Shown here: positions 41,045 through 55,445 of the stretch, in pieces
Layout: every line of letters begins with the position of its first letter
How positions within the stretch are numbered: position 1 is the first letter of the stretch
Notes under the pieces: generated by a model
What the model was told of the DNA's origin: nothing
The model's input: only the letters and a program-made list of their open reading frames with translations
The model's database searches: none
Program-made: the position numbers and the translations under genes
From: Octopus vulgaris
Lineage: Eukaryota
Length of the DNA: 64,000 nucleotides
Assembly (NCBI GenBank): GCA_951406725.2
Contig: OX597819.1
Coordinates: 119,846,001 to 119,910,000, forward strand
Direction: 5' to 3'

Positions 41045-41734
41045 TCTGTTGAGTTACTCATGCCTGATGAGAATTCATCTGAGTCCAGAAAGTGGTGTAT
41101 CTGTTAGAGCCAATATCGTTCGATTGCTCGAATATCGCTGATATTCCATCATTTTTTTTTTCACACTTTTGAAATAATTCTCTTCGTATACATAACCTAT
41201 TCAAGAAGTGTCTTTCTTGGCATTCCTTCTCTCTATTCCATTCCTTTTCAGAAAAATTACCCCAAAATCGATCGTGATACCTTTCAGGATCATCATAATA
41301 GGCATGATGTAACGCCCTCTTAATAACGTAACTACGTAAATTTTATTTATAGAGTGTAATAAACGATAACCTTCTATCCAGTTGATTTATGCGGCCAATG
41401 TGTAGTACAGAAATTTCATGTAAAGTTTGCGTTTGCGTTTATGCAACAACAGTTTAAAGCTGCATGCGAAAGGAAATACTTAATGCTATTGTAATTTAAT
41501 TTCGTATCGCTGCTAGAAACTGAAGAACCAGCAACTTGTGATTTTAAACGAGAAACACTTGACCGCTCAGAAGCGAAATCACTACAGAATAATGGAATTT
41601 ATATCTTGTTTCTTTCAGCAAGGCTAAGCCACATTTTTAAAGAGAATGAAACCAGTAGAACATTTTAGTAAAAATATAGATACGTACTTACTTTTATCAA
41701 TGATAATATTCTCAGAGCATTTTCTATTTTTTTA

Positions 41735-41782
<48 letters not shown>

Positions 41783-41784
41783 TA

Positions 41785-42138
41785 TGGAGATCTCATTCTT
41801 GCTCACAACATCATAAGCGGAAAGTGTAACCTCTCGAAAGAGCTGTTCTTCACTCCTGCTCCAGAGCGTCGGCTGCGGGGTCATTCCGAAAAGCTCTATC
41901 TGCGACGATTTCATCTCAATCGAAGGAGAGGGGCTTTCTCCGTCCGGGTTGCGGATCCGTAGAATAAGCTGCCAGACGAGATGGTGAAGATGCCGACGAC
42001 CGCTCGGTTCAAAGTCTCCCTTGACCTCAAGTGGCCTGAACTCTTTACATGAACACCACTCTGTACATAACTCCATGTCCCCCTACATGGCCTTGCCTTT
42101 TGCTTTTTGAGCCAAAAATTTAACTAACGAACTAACTA

Positions 42139-42140
<2 letters not shown>
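41785..42140 (+). mobile_element. CR1 LINE 3' fragment
   Basis: GDLILAHNII..LRGHSEKL..RRGAFSVRVADP*NKLP..FKVSLD..*; (AACT)n tail. Confidence 0.88.
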
Positions 42141-42193
<53 letters not shown>

Positions 42194-43039
42194 ATTCTGC
42201 CTAAAGGGTGTCATTGTGTCAATATTAATAACATATGCACGGGTGCAATTTCACTCCTTTATTATTATTTTTTTAAAAATCGATTTGTTAGTTGGGTTTT
42301 TATCCAACTGATTAATAATAATTAGTGGAATGGAATCAATGAGTGTGTAATAACTCTTCCTAAGTACAACAAAATTTGTTCCAACACACGTATTCACATA
42401 GGGAATTTTGCAAGCCAGTTATAAAAATGAACTATATAAGCACATATATTCTACTTGTGACCTTTGCCTCAAGGAAATGTACTTTATAATTACTTCTAAA
42501 TTAATTTTATTTAATTTTAACTGTCAATTTACTTTAAGTTTTGCTATAAATTTAAGAGATTCAAATATTTCAATATTTAATTATAATATTCTTTTAATTA
42601 TTATATAATGAAGTACATTCCATAAAACCGTTTCATGTATTTAAATAAATACATTATCATCGCGAGGTAAAGTAGCTCAGCTTCTATTAAGCAAAACGTG
42701 GAATTCTTACCTGCGATTAATTATTCTTTACTTATCCAGCGACGTCATCATTATTTTCATATAATATTAATTAAAATCATGTCTTAAATATTATATAATA
42801 AGATTAATTCTTATAAAATGGTTTAATGTCATTAAATATTTTTTGTGAAGGTTATTTCTACCGAACCCATTATCGTCTCGGAACACATTGCTAATATATC
42901 CAACGCATACAGTGGTGTTACGTTATTGAATTAAGATAAACGTATTCCTGGAGCTGGTATGTAAAGACTAATTATTTTGAGATACGTGATATTTTGTTAT
43001 GCAACCATAATATAAAAGAAAATTTATTAAATGTTTCTT

Positions 43040-43442
43040 ATTTCTGTATTCCCCACAAGGGGCTAAATGGGATAAACAAGGACAGACAAACGGATTAAGT
43101 CGATTATATCGACCCCAGTGCGCAACCGTTACTTATTTAATCGACTACGAAAGGATGAAAGGCAAAGTCGACCTCGGCGGAAGTTTAACTCAGAACGTGT
43201 CGGCAGACGAAATACCTTTTTCTTTACTACCCACAAGGGGCTAAGCACAGGGTGGACAAACAAGGACAGACACACGGATTAAGTCGATTACATCGCCCTC
43301 AATGCGTAACTGGTACTTATTTAATCGACCCCAAAAGGATGAAAGGCAAAGTCGACCTCGGCGAAATTTGAACTCAGAACATAGCGGCTGGCGAAATACC
43401 GCTGAGCATTTCGCCCGGCCTGCTAACGTTTCTGCCAGCTGC
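43040..43442 (-). mobile_element. SINE family C dimer
   Basis: Two units; flanking duplication tattaaatgtttct at about 43025 and 43469. Confidence 0.92.
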
Positions 43443-44233
43443 AGCTTTTATATTAAGTATAATAAGTATATTAAATGTTTCTATTAATAAACACCACGTT
43501 CTTCTACGTTAGCAGTGCTTTATACATTAATTTGTTAAAGTGATTTCTACAGATATTTCATAGAAATTATAGCCAGCGGTGACTTTTTCTGCAATGTTTC
43601 GTATCCAGACGTCAGTTGTAAACAAACTGTGGTGTTATGAGCCAGGCTGTGTTGTAGGGAAGGACCGGAAGAAAGGGAGTACGCATGTCCTGTCGGAGGT
43701 GGGGTCTGTCGGTCGCACTGGATGGGCTGCGGTGGGCATGCGGAGTCGGCGAGGTGCGAGGAAGTATTTGGCGGTCGACAGTGTATAAGAGCAGACGTGT
43801 TATACGGTACGGCGGCGAGATAGAGTACCTGGGCGTTGCGAGGGAACCTTCCAGATCGACAGGTAAGACTACTGTAATTCTCTCTTTGCTTCCGTCTTTT
43901 TCCTCCTGCACAACACAAGCTATTTCGGCTCCAAAAAGGAGGAAGCAATGAGGGAATTGCGTTAGTCTTAACTATCAATCTGAAATGTTCACTCACAACG
44001 CCGACGTGCTCTGTCTCGCCGCCGTACCGTCTAACACGTCTGCTCTCATAAGTTGTTGACCGTTAACTACCTGCTCGCGCCTCACCGATCCCGCATGCCC
44101 ACCGTGGCCCTTCCTGTAGGACCCACAGGCCCACTTCCGACAGGACATGCATACGCCCTCATTTCCGGTCCTTCCCTACAACACAGCCTGGGACATAACA
44201 CCACACCAAAAATATGATGAAAGACAAAAATGA

Positions 44234-44290
44234 GTATTGAATATATATGCCATATTTCGGGGTTTTTCCCCTTCATCAGCACCCACCTAC
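44234..44290 (-). ncRNA. Minimal type I hammerhead ribozyme motif in a Penelope-like insert (44206-44368)
   Basis: Minus strand GTAGGTGGGTG-CTGATGA-A-GGGG(AAAAA)CCCC-GAAA-TATG-G-CATAT-A^-TATTCAATAC. Confidence 0.65.
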
Positions 44291-44406
44291 GAACACGTTG
44301 CTTACATTGCCACCACATATACAGTCTTAAATTCCTGGATATACCAATTTGCATATTAAACGCATTTGTGACGTCTCAATACAAAATGTTGTAGAAAAAC
44401 AGTGCT

Positions 44407-44820
44407 CTCTTACTCTTTTTTACTCTTTTACTTGTTTCAGTCATTTGACTGTGGCCATGCTGGAGCACCACCTTTTACTCGAGCAAATCGATCCCAGGAC
44501 TTATTCTTTGTAAGACTAGTACTTATTCTATCGGTTTCTTTTGCCGAACCGCTACGTTACGGGGACGTAAACACACAAGCATCGGTTGTTAAGCGATGTT
44601 GGGGGGACAATCACAGACACAAAAGCACATACACATACATATATATATACATATATACGACGGGCGTCTTTCAGATTCCGTCTACCAAATCCACTCACAA
44701 GGCTTTGGTCGGCCCGATGCTATAGTAGAAGACATTTGCCCAAAGTGCCACGCAGTGGGACTGAACCCGGAATCATGTGGTTGGTAAGCAAGCTACTTAC
44801 CACACAGCCACTCCTACGTC
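44407..44820 (-). mobile_element. SINE family A
   Basis: Full length; 7-bp TSD cagtgct. Confidence 0.95.
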
Positions 44821-44965
44821 CAGTGCTAGATATAATTTGTAAAGAATATTTGGAGAGATAACATTAACAAAATAATGTAAAGTGCACTGCTAACGCAGTA
44901 GGACATGGTGTTGAATTATAAGAACATTTAATATATTTTTAGTATATTATGGTTGCATAACGAAA

Positions 44966-45528
44966 TACCTATTTCTTTACTACCCACAAGGGGCTAAACA
45001 CAGACAGGACAAACAAGGACAAACAAACGGATTAAATCGATTATATCGGAACTCAAAACGTATCGGCAGACGAAATACCTATTTCTTTATTACCCACAAG
45101 GGGCTAAACATAGAGGGGACAAACAAGGACAGGCATAGGTATTAAGTCGATTACATCGACCCCAATGCGTAACTGGTACTTAATTTATCGACCCCGAAAG
45201 GATGAAAGGCAAAGTTGACCCCGGCGGAATTTGAACTCACAACGCAACAGCAAGCGAAATACAGCTAAGCATTTCGCCCTGCGTGCTAACGTTTCTTATT
45301 TCTTTACTGTCCACAAGGGGCTAAACACACAGGGGACAAACAAGGACAGACAAACGGATTAAGTCGATTATATTAACCCCAGAGCGGAACTGGTACTTAT
45401 TTAATCGACCCCGAAAGGATGAAAAGCAAAGTCGACCTCGGCGGAACTTGAACTCAGAACGTAGCGGCAGACGGAATACCGCTAAGCATTTCGCCCGGCG
45501 TGCTAACGTTTCTGCCAGCTCGCCGCCT
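44966..45528 (-). mobile_element. SINE family C multimer
   Basis: Three units, head GGCGGCGAGCTGGCAGAAACG; flanking repeat tgcata..gaaatacc. Confidence 0.93.
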
Positions 45529-46204
45529 TGCATAGAGAAATACCACGTACCTACAAATCAATAATAAGTATACAGCTAAATAATTATCGCGACGTAAAAT
45601 AGCTAAGTTTTTATTAAGCAGAACGTAAAATTCATATATGCAGTTTCTATTCTTTAGTTATCTAGCGACGTCATTAAAAATTCTACATAAAAATACTCAG
45701 CTTTTAGGCTATTTTTGTAGGGTTTCTTTTAGGTTATTTTTCTATATAGATTTCAGATTGTTATATTATAGATTTTGTATGGTGATATTATTTCTTTTAT
45801 TTGGATTTTCATCATTGGTAATTTCAGAGTAAATTTCCAAGAATTAAATTACTTTTCTTAAATACATTTATTTATTAAATATATTTAATATTGGTTTTCA
45901 TTTAATTTAATTTTTTACTTTTATTTTTCTTCTTATTTTAATTATATTTTTATAAAGCTAAACAGTTATCCAATGATGTCCCTAACGGTGGAATGTATGA
46001 ATGTCGTAAGTTGAATTTGATTTCGCCGTTTCATTTTTCTTAATGTTTATTAACTGGTAAAATGTTTTCTATTATTCTATTATTGAAATATCACCAATTT
46101 TGATTATCTTGACAATATTGTATTAACATATATTTTCGAAGATATTATTAATTTTAATATTGTCTCTATGTATATACATATATATAGATATGCATGTGTA
46201 TGTA

Positions 46205-46293
<89 letters not shown>

Positions 46294-46339
46294 ATAGAAC
46301 TGAAACAATTGTAGAATAAAAAATATGATTTTCTTCATA

Positions 46340-46707
46340 CCTGAACTTTAGTTTCAAGGTTCATCCAAGTCTGGGTCCTCGGGCCATACGTCCCCTGCCC
46401 AATTCAGGATCACAACATATAGGTACAATGCGACATAGTTTCTTTTTCTCAACCGGCCTTGCCCTGTTTAACATTGTTCCAAAACTGACGAAAGAGGAAA
46501 CGGATCCCATCACCTTCAAACGGAGTCTGGACAGATTTCTTCAAGGAAAACCGGATAAGCCACTCATACCTGGATACAACTCACTCAACAAGAACTCACT
46601 TATTGAATGGACCATAAATAAAACTTGACTTAAACAGGATTTAGACAATCCTATCAGGTGGTGCAATTAAGTTAGACATTGCCTGGACCAATCTTTGGTC
46701 GAAACAT
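46340..46707 (+). mobile_element. CR1-group (Zenon-like) LINE 3' fragment
   Basis: RHSFFFSTGLALFNIVPKL..FKRSLDRFLQGKPDKPLIPGYNSLNKNSLIEWTINKT*; same family as 30363. Confidence 0.88.
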
Positions 46708-46737
46708 ATCTACGTTTATCTAAGTTTATACACACAT

Positions 46738-46985
46738 ATGTTGTGCCCCTGAGTAAGACATCTTATATCAAATTGTTACAGTTCAATCAGCTGGCGAAAA
46801 TAAGTAGTACCCGTATTTCAAAGGGTCAACCTCGCCGCACTTTGTTTCACGTTGAATTTGCCTGAAAATTCGTTAAGTCTTGTGTATCTATCGACTGTTG
46901 AGTCTCTTGCAATTTAATTTCAGGAGTAGGCTGTTCTGGTGATAGGACCAATTAAAACTGTTGCCATCGAAACCGAATGAGTACA
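46738..46985 (+). mobile_element. CORE-type SINE, tail W, degenerate
   Basis: tgttgtgcccctgagtaagaca core followed by W tail. Confidence 0.65.
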
Positions 46986-46987
46986 AG

Positions 46988-47027
<40 letters not shown>

Positions 47028-47083
47028 GAGTGTATGTGTTTATGTGTATATATAAAAATATGTGTATATAAATATGTATAAAC

Positions 47084-47160
<77 letters not shown>

Positions 47161-47198
47161 TATATATTTATATACACATTTTATATATATATATACAA

Positions 47199-47243
<45 letters not shown>

Positions 47244-47276
47244 TTATATTTGAAATAAATATAATAACATATATAT

Positions 47277-47487
47277 ACTCTCTTTTACTGGAGCACCGCA
47301 TTTAGTCGAGTAAATCGACCCCAGGACTTATTCTTTGTAAGCCTAATACTTATTCTATCGAGCTCTTTTGCCGAATCGGTCAGTTACGGGGGCGTAAACA
47401 CATCATCATCGGTTGTCAAGCGATGCAGGGGCGACAAACACTGATACAGAAACACGCATACACACACACATACAAATGTATATATAA

Positions 47488-47532
<45 letters not shown>

Positions 47533-47682
47533 AATACATATATACGACGGTATTCTTTTCAGTTTCCGTCTACCAAATCCACTCACAAGGCTTTGTTCGG
47601 CCCGAAGCTACAGTACAATACACTATCCCAAGGTGTCACGCAGTGGGACTGAACCCGGAGCCATGAGGTTGGTAAGCAAGCT
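47277..47682 (-). mobile_element. SINE family A
   Basis: Matches family body in reverse. Confidence 0.88.
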
Positions 47683-48142
47683 TGGTGAGTTCGAGTATGT
47701 GTATGTGTTCCAATTCATATGTCTGTACGCTACGCAATGTACTCTGTACTATTTCTACCCCATTTTAATAAAAATGTTCTTTAATTTTCACTGTTCCAAT
47801 ATTTCAAATTAATATTTCTCCTATAGTTTCAGCATTTCATTTACCTAAGGTTCCATTAGTTAATTACATTTCTAACACCTGTTCACTTGTGTTTCTAAGA
47901 CAGCTCTTTCATTTTGTCTCTGAGTTGTATTTGTGTACATTGATTTTAATGTATAAATGATCTACCATAGGAGAGGCACAGCATGTAACCATTCAAATAC
48001 AGTTTTGAAAGCATCTGATTTTAGAAACAACTTCAGACATACGTGGCTACGTATATGCGCATAAATATACACAAACAGATAAATAGAGAGACAGACAAAC
48101 AGACAGACAAGCAGTTAGACAGATACATAGATTTATATGTGT

Positions 48143-49239
<1,097 letters not shown>

Positions 49240-49289
49240 TTTTTCTCAATATTCAATTTCTGTACATCGCACCTAACACTCTATACATG

Positions 49290-49610
<321 letters not shown>

Positions 49611-49676
49611 TAGATATATATATATAAATCAATGTATATATATATGTATATATGTGTATAAATGGATATATATGTC

Positions 49677-49728
<52 letters not shown>

Positions 49729-50404
49729 TATATGCATATATATATGTGTATGTATGTATGTGTGTGTGTGTATGTATATGCATATATTGTTGTATTTGGG
49801 CATGGTCATATTGCCACTTTACCCAATAAAAACACACGCACTATATATTTAGTGTTCACTTGATTCAGCTTTATTGTATATTGTATTTCGGCCGGAGTTT
49901 TTCGTCACACTTCTGTGGCCTCATCGGTGATACTTTGATTTTTTGTGTCTCTCCTTACTAACGATTTGCCATTTTGTATTCCTCTTGTATGTGTCTTTAT
50001 TTGCGCCTGCGCATATCCATGTGTGTATCTATGTTTAGTAAGTGCGTCTGTGGGAATGTGCCTGCGTTATGAGTGTCCCCTGTTTATGCTCGTCCGTTTA
50101 ATTTACTTTTATTTATTTTATTCATTCTCAGCAGTTTTACTGCGCGCGGTGACACCAACAGAATGCTATCTCTGCATCCACGCGCTCAGATGGTAAGGCA
50201 TCTCACATGTAAGTTCAAACATAGCAGGGATGTTGCCACATACTACTACCTCGGGTCAGAGTATAACTAGAAACAAGAGTCATGAAACCACGCTCCTCAA
50301 AGACTTAGAAAACTTTAAGTAAAACTCCACCACTGGATGCAGTTTAAAGTCATATCTAAAACACATCTCTCAATACATACAAGCATATATAACTCATAAA
50401 AATC

Positions 50405-50945
50405 AATACTCCGTTGGTAATGAAGGAGAGGGTTCCATCTGATCTGATCAATGGAACAATTTGCTCGTGAATTTAATGTGCAAGTTGCTAATCACTGTTT
50501 CTTCTCGAGCCATGCCTGACATATAAGGGCCGGTTTCCCAGTTTCCTTGGCGTAAAGGTTCCCCCACCTGGACGGGATGCTGGTACGTCGCAGGTGAGCT
50601 CCAAGATGCAGGAGGAAAGAATAAGAGAAAGTTGTGGCGAAAGAATCAGCAGAGGTTCGCCATTACTTTCTGCCGGAGCTGCGTGGAGCTTAGGTGTTTC
50701 GCTCATAAACACACACATCGCCCGGTCTAAGATTCGAACCCGTGATCCCTCGACTGCGAGACCGTTGCTCTAACCACTAGGCCATGTGCCTCCGCAGCTA
50801 AGCACTCCATTGACACGTACCGTTATTGAAGTTCTCAGGGAAAGCCAGCGTGACAGAGATTTTAACAAGTCTGATGCGTTTGTAAAAAAGGTAGTGTTCA
50901 TTTTCTTCAGCTGAGTAAGTTCGAACAACGGAAAATAAAATATAT
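50405..50945 (-). mobile_element. CORE-type SINE (tail W) interrupted by a SINE B (about 50494-50792)
   Basis: W sequence is continuous across the insert; flanking repeat gctaa(t/g)cact. Confidence 0.8.
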
Positions 50946-51778
50946 TGATTAATGACATTACGCGACGCCGTGTATCGAATGCATACATACACATTTGAAT
51001 AGACGCATACATATTTAAATCAATTATACGTTTACCAAATATTGATAAGCTCGCAAAAAAAAATCAAACTGAAAACTTATTGAACATGTAATGATATACT
51101 TTACAGAAATACAAGATCTGCCATAAATCAAAGCACAACAATACCAACATTATGAAAGCCACTTCTAATAACTGTATGTTTTAAAAAAAAATTGTCCAGC
51201 GTACACAAACATAAAATTAAGAGAACGTAGACCAAAAGTAAAATACAGGCAACACATTTCAAAACTACGATTTAGGTATAACTTTCCCATTGTCCAAGAA
51301 ATTATCATCAAGGATTTCAAACACGTTTACAAAGAAAGCAAACTAACAGTATTGGTAGATATATTTCTGTCGATGGTTTACAAAACTTGATTGATGAGGG
51401 GTATTCACTTCGTTGGGAAATAAAGTAGTTTGCAGTGATATAATTGAAATTTATTATAGACATATAATATTTATTGTAAGAGGAGCGATTTATCTTTTTG
51501 TATACCGATGAAAGCTCAATCAATTTTTTATGAAAAATATTTGATTTTAAATGTTTATAACAACACACTTAAGTACATAATGTTGTTTCCTTACATCAAT
51601 AAAAAAAAACATGAGCGCACGTACAGACACAGGTGTATATATATTTCTTCCCTTCTTTCCTGAGCGTCCAATAATACTTTATTTGCTCCACATCCTTGCG
51701 TTGTTGTCTTTTTGTTTTCTTGTTTGGATTAACGTTAATCTCTTTAACTTTATATATTTATAAATATATTGTCGCCCT

Positions 51779-51872
<94 letters not shown>

Positions 51873-52264
51873 GTAGCAGTATAGCCAGGCATTGCTCAGG
51901 TTTGTTTCGACCCTTTAGAATTGGAATTTTGGAAAGTAAAAATCTTGCATTATGTAGCTTGTTATTCTCTTTAAGTGAACATTTTTCTGGTTGAAATACA
52001 CCGAAAAATGTCGACACAGCAGTCAGAAAATCGTAAGAAGTAGGGATTTTCACAGAAAGAAAACACCTTTTTGATATAAATAATTTTTGGTCTTAACAAG
52101 GTCCGATTTGAATTTTTTTCTAGGGAATGAAGAAGAGCATTCTTCTATAATACCCTCAATTTTAGTCAACTTGTGCCGCAGGGTCTCGGAGGAGATAGTG
52201 TTAGTTGAAGGCTACCAAACGTGCCAAACACACACACAGACAACTTCAGCATTATATTTACAGA
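51873..52264 (-). mobile_element. Non-autonomous Helitron, complete
   Basis: Minus strand 5' TCTGTAAATATAATGCTGAAGTTGTCTGTGTG; 3' ACAAACCTGAGCAATGCCTGGCTATACTGCTAC, nearly the same as the 26171 end. Confidence 0.85.
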
Positions 52265-52556
52265 TATATATATATATATAGGGAGAGAGAGATACATACA
52301 TACATACATACATGCATACATATATATATATATATAGATATATATACATATAGATATATATACATACATACATGATTATCATTATTAACTTAAGCATATG
52401 AATACCACTACAAATATACACACACATACACATATATGTGTGTGTGTGTTTGTGTGCGCGTGTATATTTATGTGTGCGTATGTCTATGTGTGTGTGCGTG
52501 CGTGCGTGTGTGTTTGGTATGCGTATACTTCACATTTTTTAAACATTTAATAATAA

Positions 52557-52733
52557 GAAGAATCCCTTCTACTAAAGGCATAAGGCCTGAAGTTTTGGGG
52601 GTGTGGACTAGTCGATTACATCAATCCCAGTGTTTTACTGGTACTTAATTTATAAACCCCGAAAGGATGAAAGGCAATGTCGGCCTCGAGCGAATCTGAA
52701 TTCAGAAAGTAGCGGTTGACGAAATACCACTAA
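52557..52733 (-). mobile_element. SINE family C, partial
   Basis: ctggtacttaatttat..ccccgaaaggatgaaaggcaa core. Confidence 0.8.
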
Positions 52734-52744
52734 GATCAGCCTAA

Positions 52745-52872
52745 GCTATGAGCAAGTGTCTCCGCTGTACTGTATCTGCAATAAAGGGAGCGAAACCATT
52801 GGCCATATCGCGAACGAAAGCCCTACATTTGCTCAAAACCACACTAGGTTTTAGAGACACGAGAAGTTGCTT
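52745..52872 (+). mobile_element. R4/Dong-like zinc-knuckle scrap
   Basis: SPLYCICNKGSETIGHIANESPTFAQN..RHEK. Confidence 0.55.
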
Positions 52873-53578
52873 CGACTTTGTCTCTTATAACATCGAGAAA
52901 ATCCTCTGTACAATAGGGTGGAATATTTTCCGAAATCACAAAATTCAGCTGGCAGTGTGCAGTGAGATCTTGGCAACATTCCATTAGTCAAATGCAGAAT
53001 TTGCCTGCGATTGTCATAGAAACGTATTTCTCCGCTAGTTGGTTGTCCATGGACTCTTCTGTACCTGGTATTGAGCATCAACTAAAATGAAGGTAATTGG
53101 CTTGACATTTTAGTTGTTATAACTGCTAATATCAGTTACCTCCTTATAGCATGTTCTTCTTCTTATCAAATGTGGTATGTTTTTATTTATTTCTCTCTCC
53201 TAGGCAGACCGTGCCAATTCAATAAGGTATAAATCCAGGATAGTTTTTTAGTCTTCCGGTGGCATCAGGATCTGCACAACTACGCAGACACCATCCGAGC
53301 AGCCGTCATTGCGTTTTAAAGCTGAAATCAATAGGTGGCCATATTTCCCCACAAGCTAAAGCATACATCAAGCTAAAGCATATGAACCGCAACATTGTCT
53401 CTAGGTTTCATTACGTAAACTCTATACATATATCCTAGTACCTTAGTGTCAGCCGGTGTCCTGCTCAGCAGGTCTCAATCACTTCTACGATGATTACGTC
53501 TAACCGCTGATACGAGAGCATATGAATATATTAAATAATCAGATGCGAACCATTTAACTCTACAACATTTTTGATGAA

Positions 53579-54072
53579 GGCGGCGAGCTGGCAGAAACGT
53601 TAGCACGCCGGGCGAAATGCGTAGCCGTATTTCGTCTGCCATTAGGTTCTGAGTTCAAATTCCGCCGAGGTCGACTTTGCCTTTCATCCTTTCGAGGTCG
53701 ATTAAATAAGTACCAGTTGCGCACTGGGGTCGATATAATCGACTTAATCCGTTTGTTTGTTCTTGTTTGTCTTCTCTGTATTTAGCTCCTTGTAGGTAGT
53801 AAAGAAATAGGTATTTCGTCTGCCGCTACGTTCTGAGTTCAAATTCTGCCGAGGGGCTCGATTGAATAAGTACCAGTTACGCACGCCAGGCGAAATGCTT
53901 TGCGCCATTTCGCCTGTCTTTACGTTTTTAGGTCAAATTCCGCTGTGGTCGAATTCTGCTTTTCATCCTTTCGAAGTCGATAAATTAACTACCAGTTGCG
54001 TACTGGGGTCGATCTAATTGACTGGCCCCTCTCCCCAAAATTTCAGGCTTTGGGCCTAGAGTTGAAAAGAAT
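53579..54072 (+). mobile_element. SINE family C multimer
   Basis: Full head GGCGGCGAGCTGGCAGAAACGTTAGCACG plus two further partial units. Confidence 0.93.
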
Positions 54073-54596
54073 ATTTCTTGATGAATGCATTTTGCAAGGA
54101 CGCATATCTCTCCTCTATGCCTGTTTCCTAATGATAAAAATGTTTGGGTACAGCTGCTTTCGATACTAACGTTATTGAAGTTATGATTGTCTGTGTTTTT
54201 TTTTAATTCATTTTGATAAAGGAAAACAAATGTTGCAATGAATTCTTTTCGTTAAACTGTTTTTCTTTTGAACCTGTTTTTCTTTCATTTTGTGTTTCAA
54301 AACATTCTTGGGAGCATATATTCTGCTACCACGTCTGCAGTTTCAGTATGGCTTCTTCCCTAGACGAAGCCATGTTGAAACTCTTCTGAACAATATTTTG
54401 CTAAAATATAAAAATATATCAAATGTTCCATACAGACATTTTCTTCAATTCCACATTAGTGGTGCTTGATGTCGGAAAGTTTTCTATTGGCAAATACAAT
54501 TTTCATCATATTACGTAGAAACTCTAATTTGTCTCCCAGCTATGTTGAAAAGATCCGTTCAACGCACAGAGCGACTATATCAAACAGCAAAAGAAA

Positions 54597-54631
54597 TGAT
54601 GATGATAGTGTTGGTGATGGTGATGATTGTG

Positions 54632-54663
<32 letters not shown>

Positions 54664-54912
54664 CTTGTTGATGATGATGATGATGATCTTGTTGATGATG
54701 AAGGGGATGATTAATATGAAATTGATGATGAGGATGATGATGATAATGATGGTGATGGTGATGATCTGGTTGATCATTAGGAAGATGGTGATGAGGATGA
54801 AGATGATGATCTTGTTGATGAAGAGGATGATTAATAGGAAATTGATGATGAGGATGATGATGATGGTGATGATGATGATGATGGTAATGATGATCATAAT
54901 AATGAAGATGAT
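54597..54912 (+). repeat. Imperfect (GAT)n with an internal ~70-bp duplicated unit
   Basis: gatcttgttgatga..gatgattaata.gaaattgatgatgagg occurs twice. Confidence 0.9.
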
Positions 54913-55028
54913 AGCTATTTATCACTTAGGGCATCGAATGAAAGAACGACAATTTATAATTTATGGAGAGTCAAGTAATATTGAGAGAAGGCAAAAATAT
55001 GAAGAGAAATGAGATAAAAATATATATA

Positions 55029-55445
55029 GGCGCAGGAGTGGCTGTGTGGTAAGTAGCTTGCTTACCAACCACATGGTTCCGGGTTCAGTCCCACTGCGTG
55101 GCATCTTGGGTAAGTCTCTTCTACTATAGCCTCGGGCCGACTAAAGCCTTGTGAGTGGATTTGGTAGACGGAAACTGAAAGAAGCCCGTCGTATATATAT
55201 ATATATGTGTATATATGTGTGTGTATGTATGTTTGTGTCTGTGTTTGTCCCCCTAGCATTGCTTGACAACCGATGTTGGTGTGTTTATGTCCCCGTCACT
55301 TAGTGGTTCGGCAAAAGACACCGATAGAATAAGTACTGGGCTTACAAAGGATAAGTCCCGGGGTCGATTTGCTCGATTAAAGGTGGTGCTCCAGCATGGC
55401 CGCAGTCAAATGACTTAAACAAGTAAAAGAGTAAAAGAGTAAAGA
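55029..55445 (+). mobile_element. SINE family A, full-length young copy
   Basis: GGCGCAGGAGTGGCTGTGTGGTAAG head, GGTTCAGTCCC B-box-like motif, (GTAAAAGA)n tail. Confidence 0.95.

Larger units (their letters stand above)
42955..45577. repeat. Long diverged fold-back with GC-rich core (centre about 43917), arms interrupted by later insertions
   Basis: 43628-43901 pairs with 43933-44205; 43470-43613 with 44370-44406 plus 44821-44930; 42955-43040 with 44917-44965 plus 45530-45577. Confidence 0.92.

Noticed and set aside
43547-43996. 149-aa and overlapping ORFs in the fold-back core
   Set aside because: The frame is not preserved in the opposite arm (stops and an indel), and no domain is recognisable.
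43040-45528. Regularly recurring repeats resembling a CRISPR-like array
   Set aside because: They are SINE multimers without unique spacers, in a eukaryotic context with no cas genes.
54466-55012. Poly-D, poly-M, poly-H and poly-I ORFs
   Set aside because: All frames of a (GAT)n repeat; the acidic frame is interrupted by stops.
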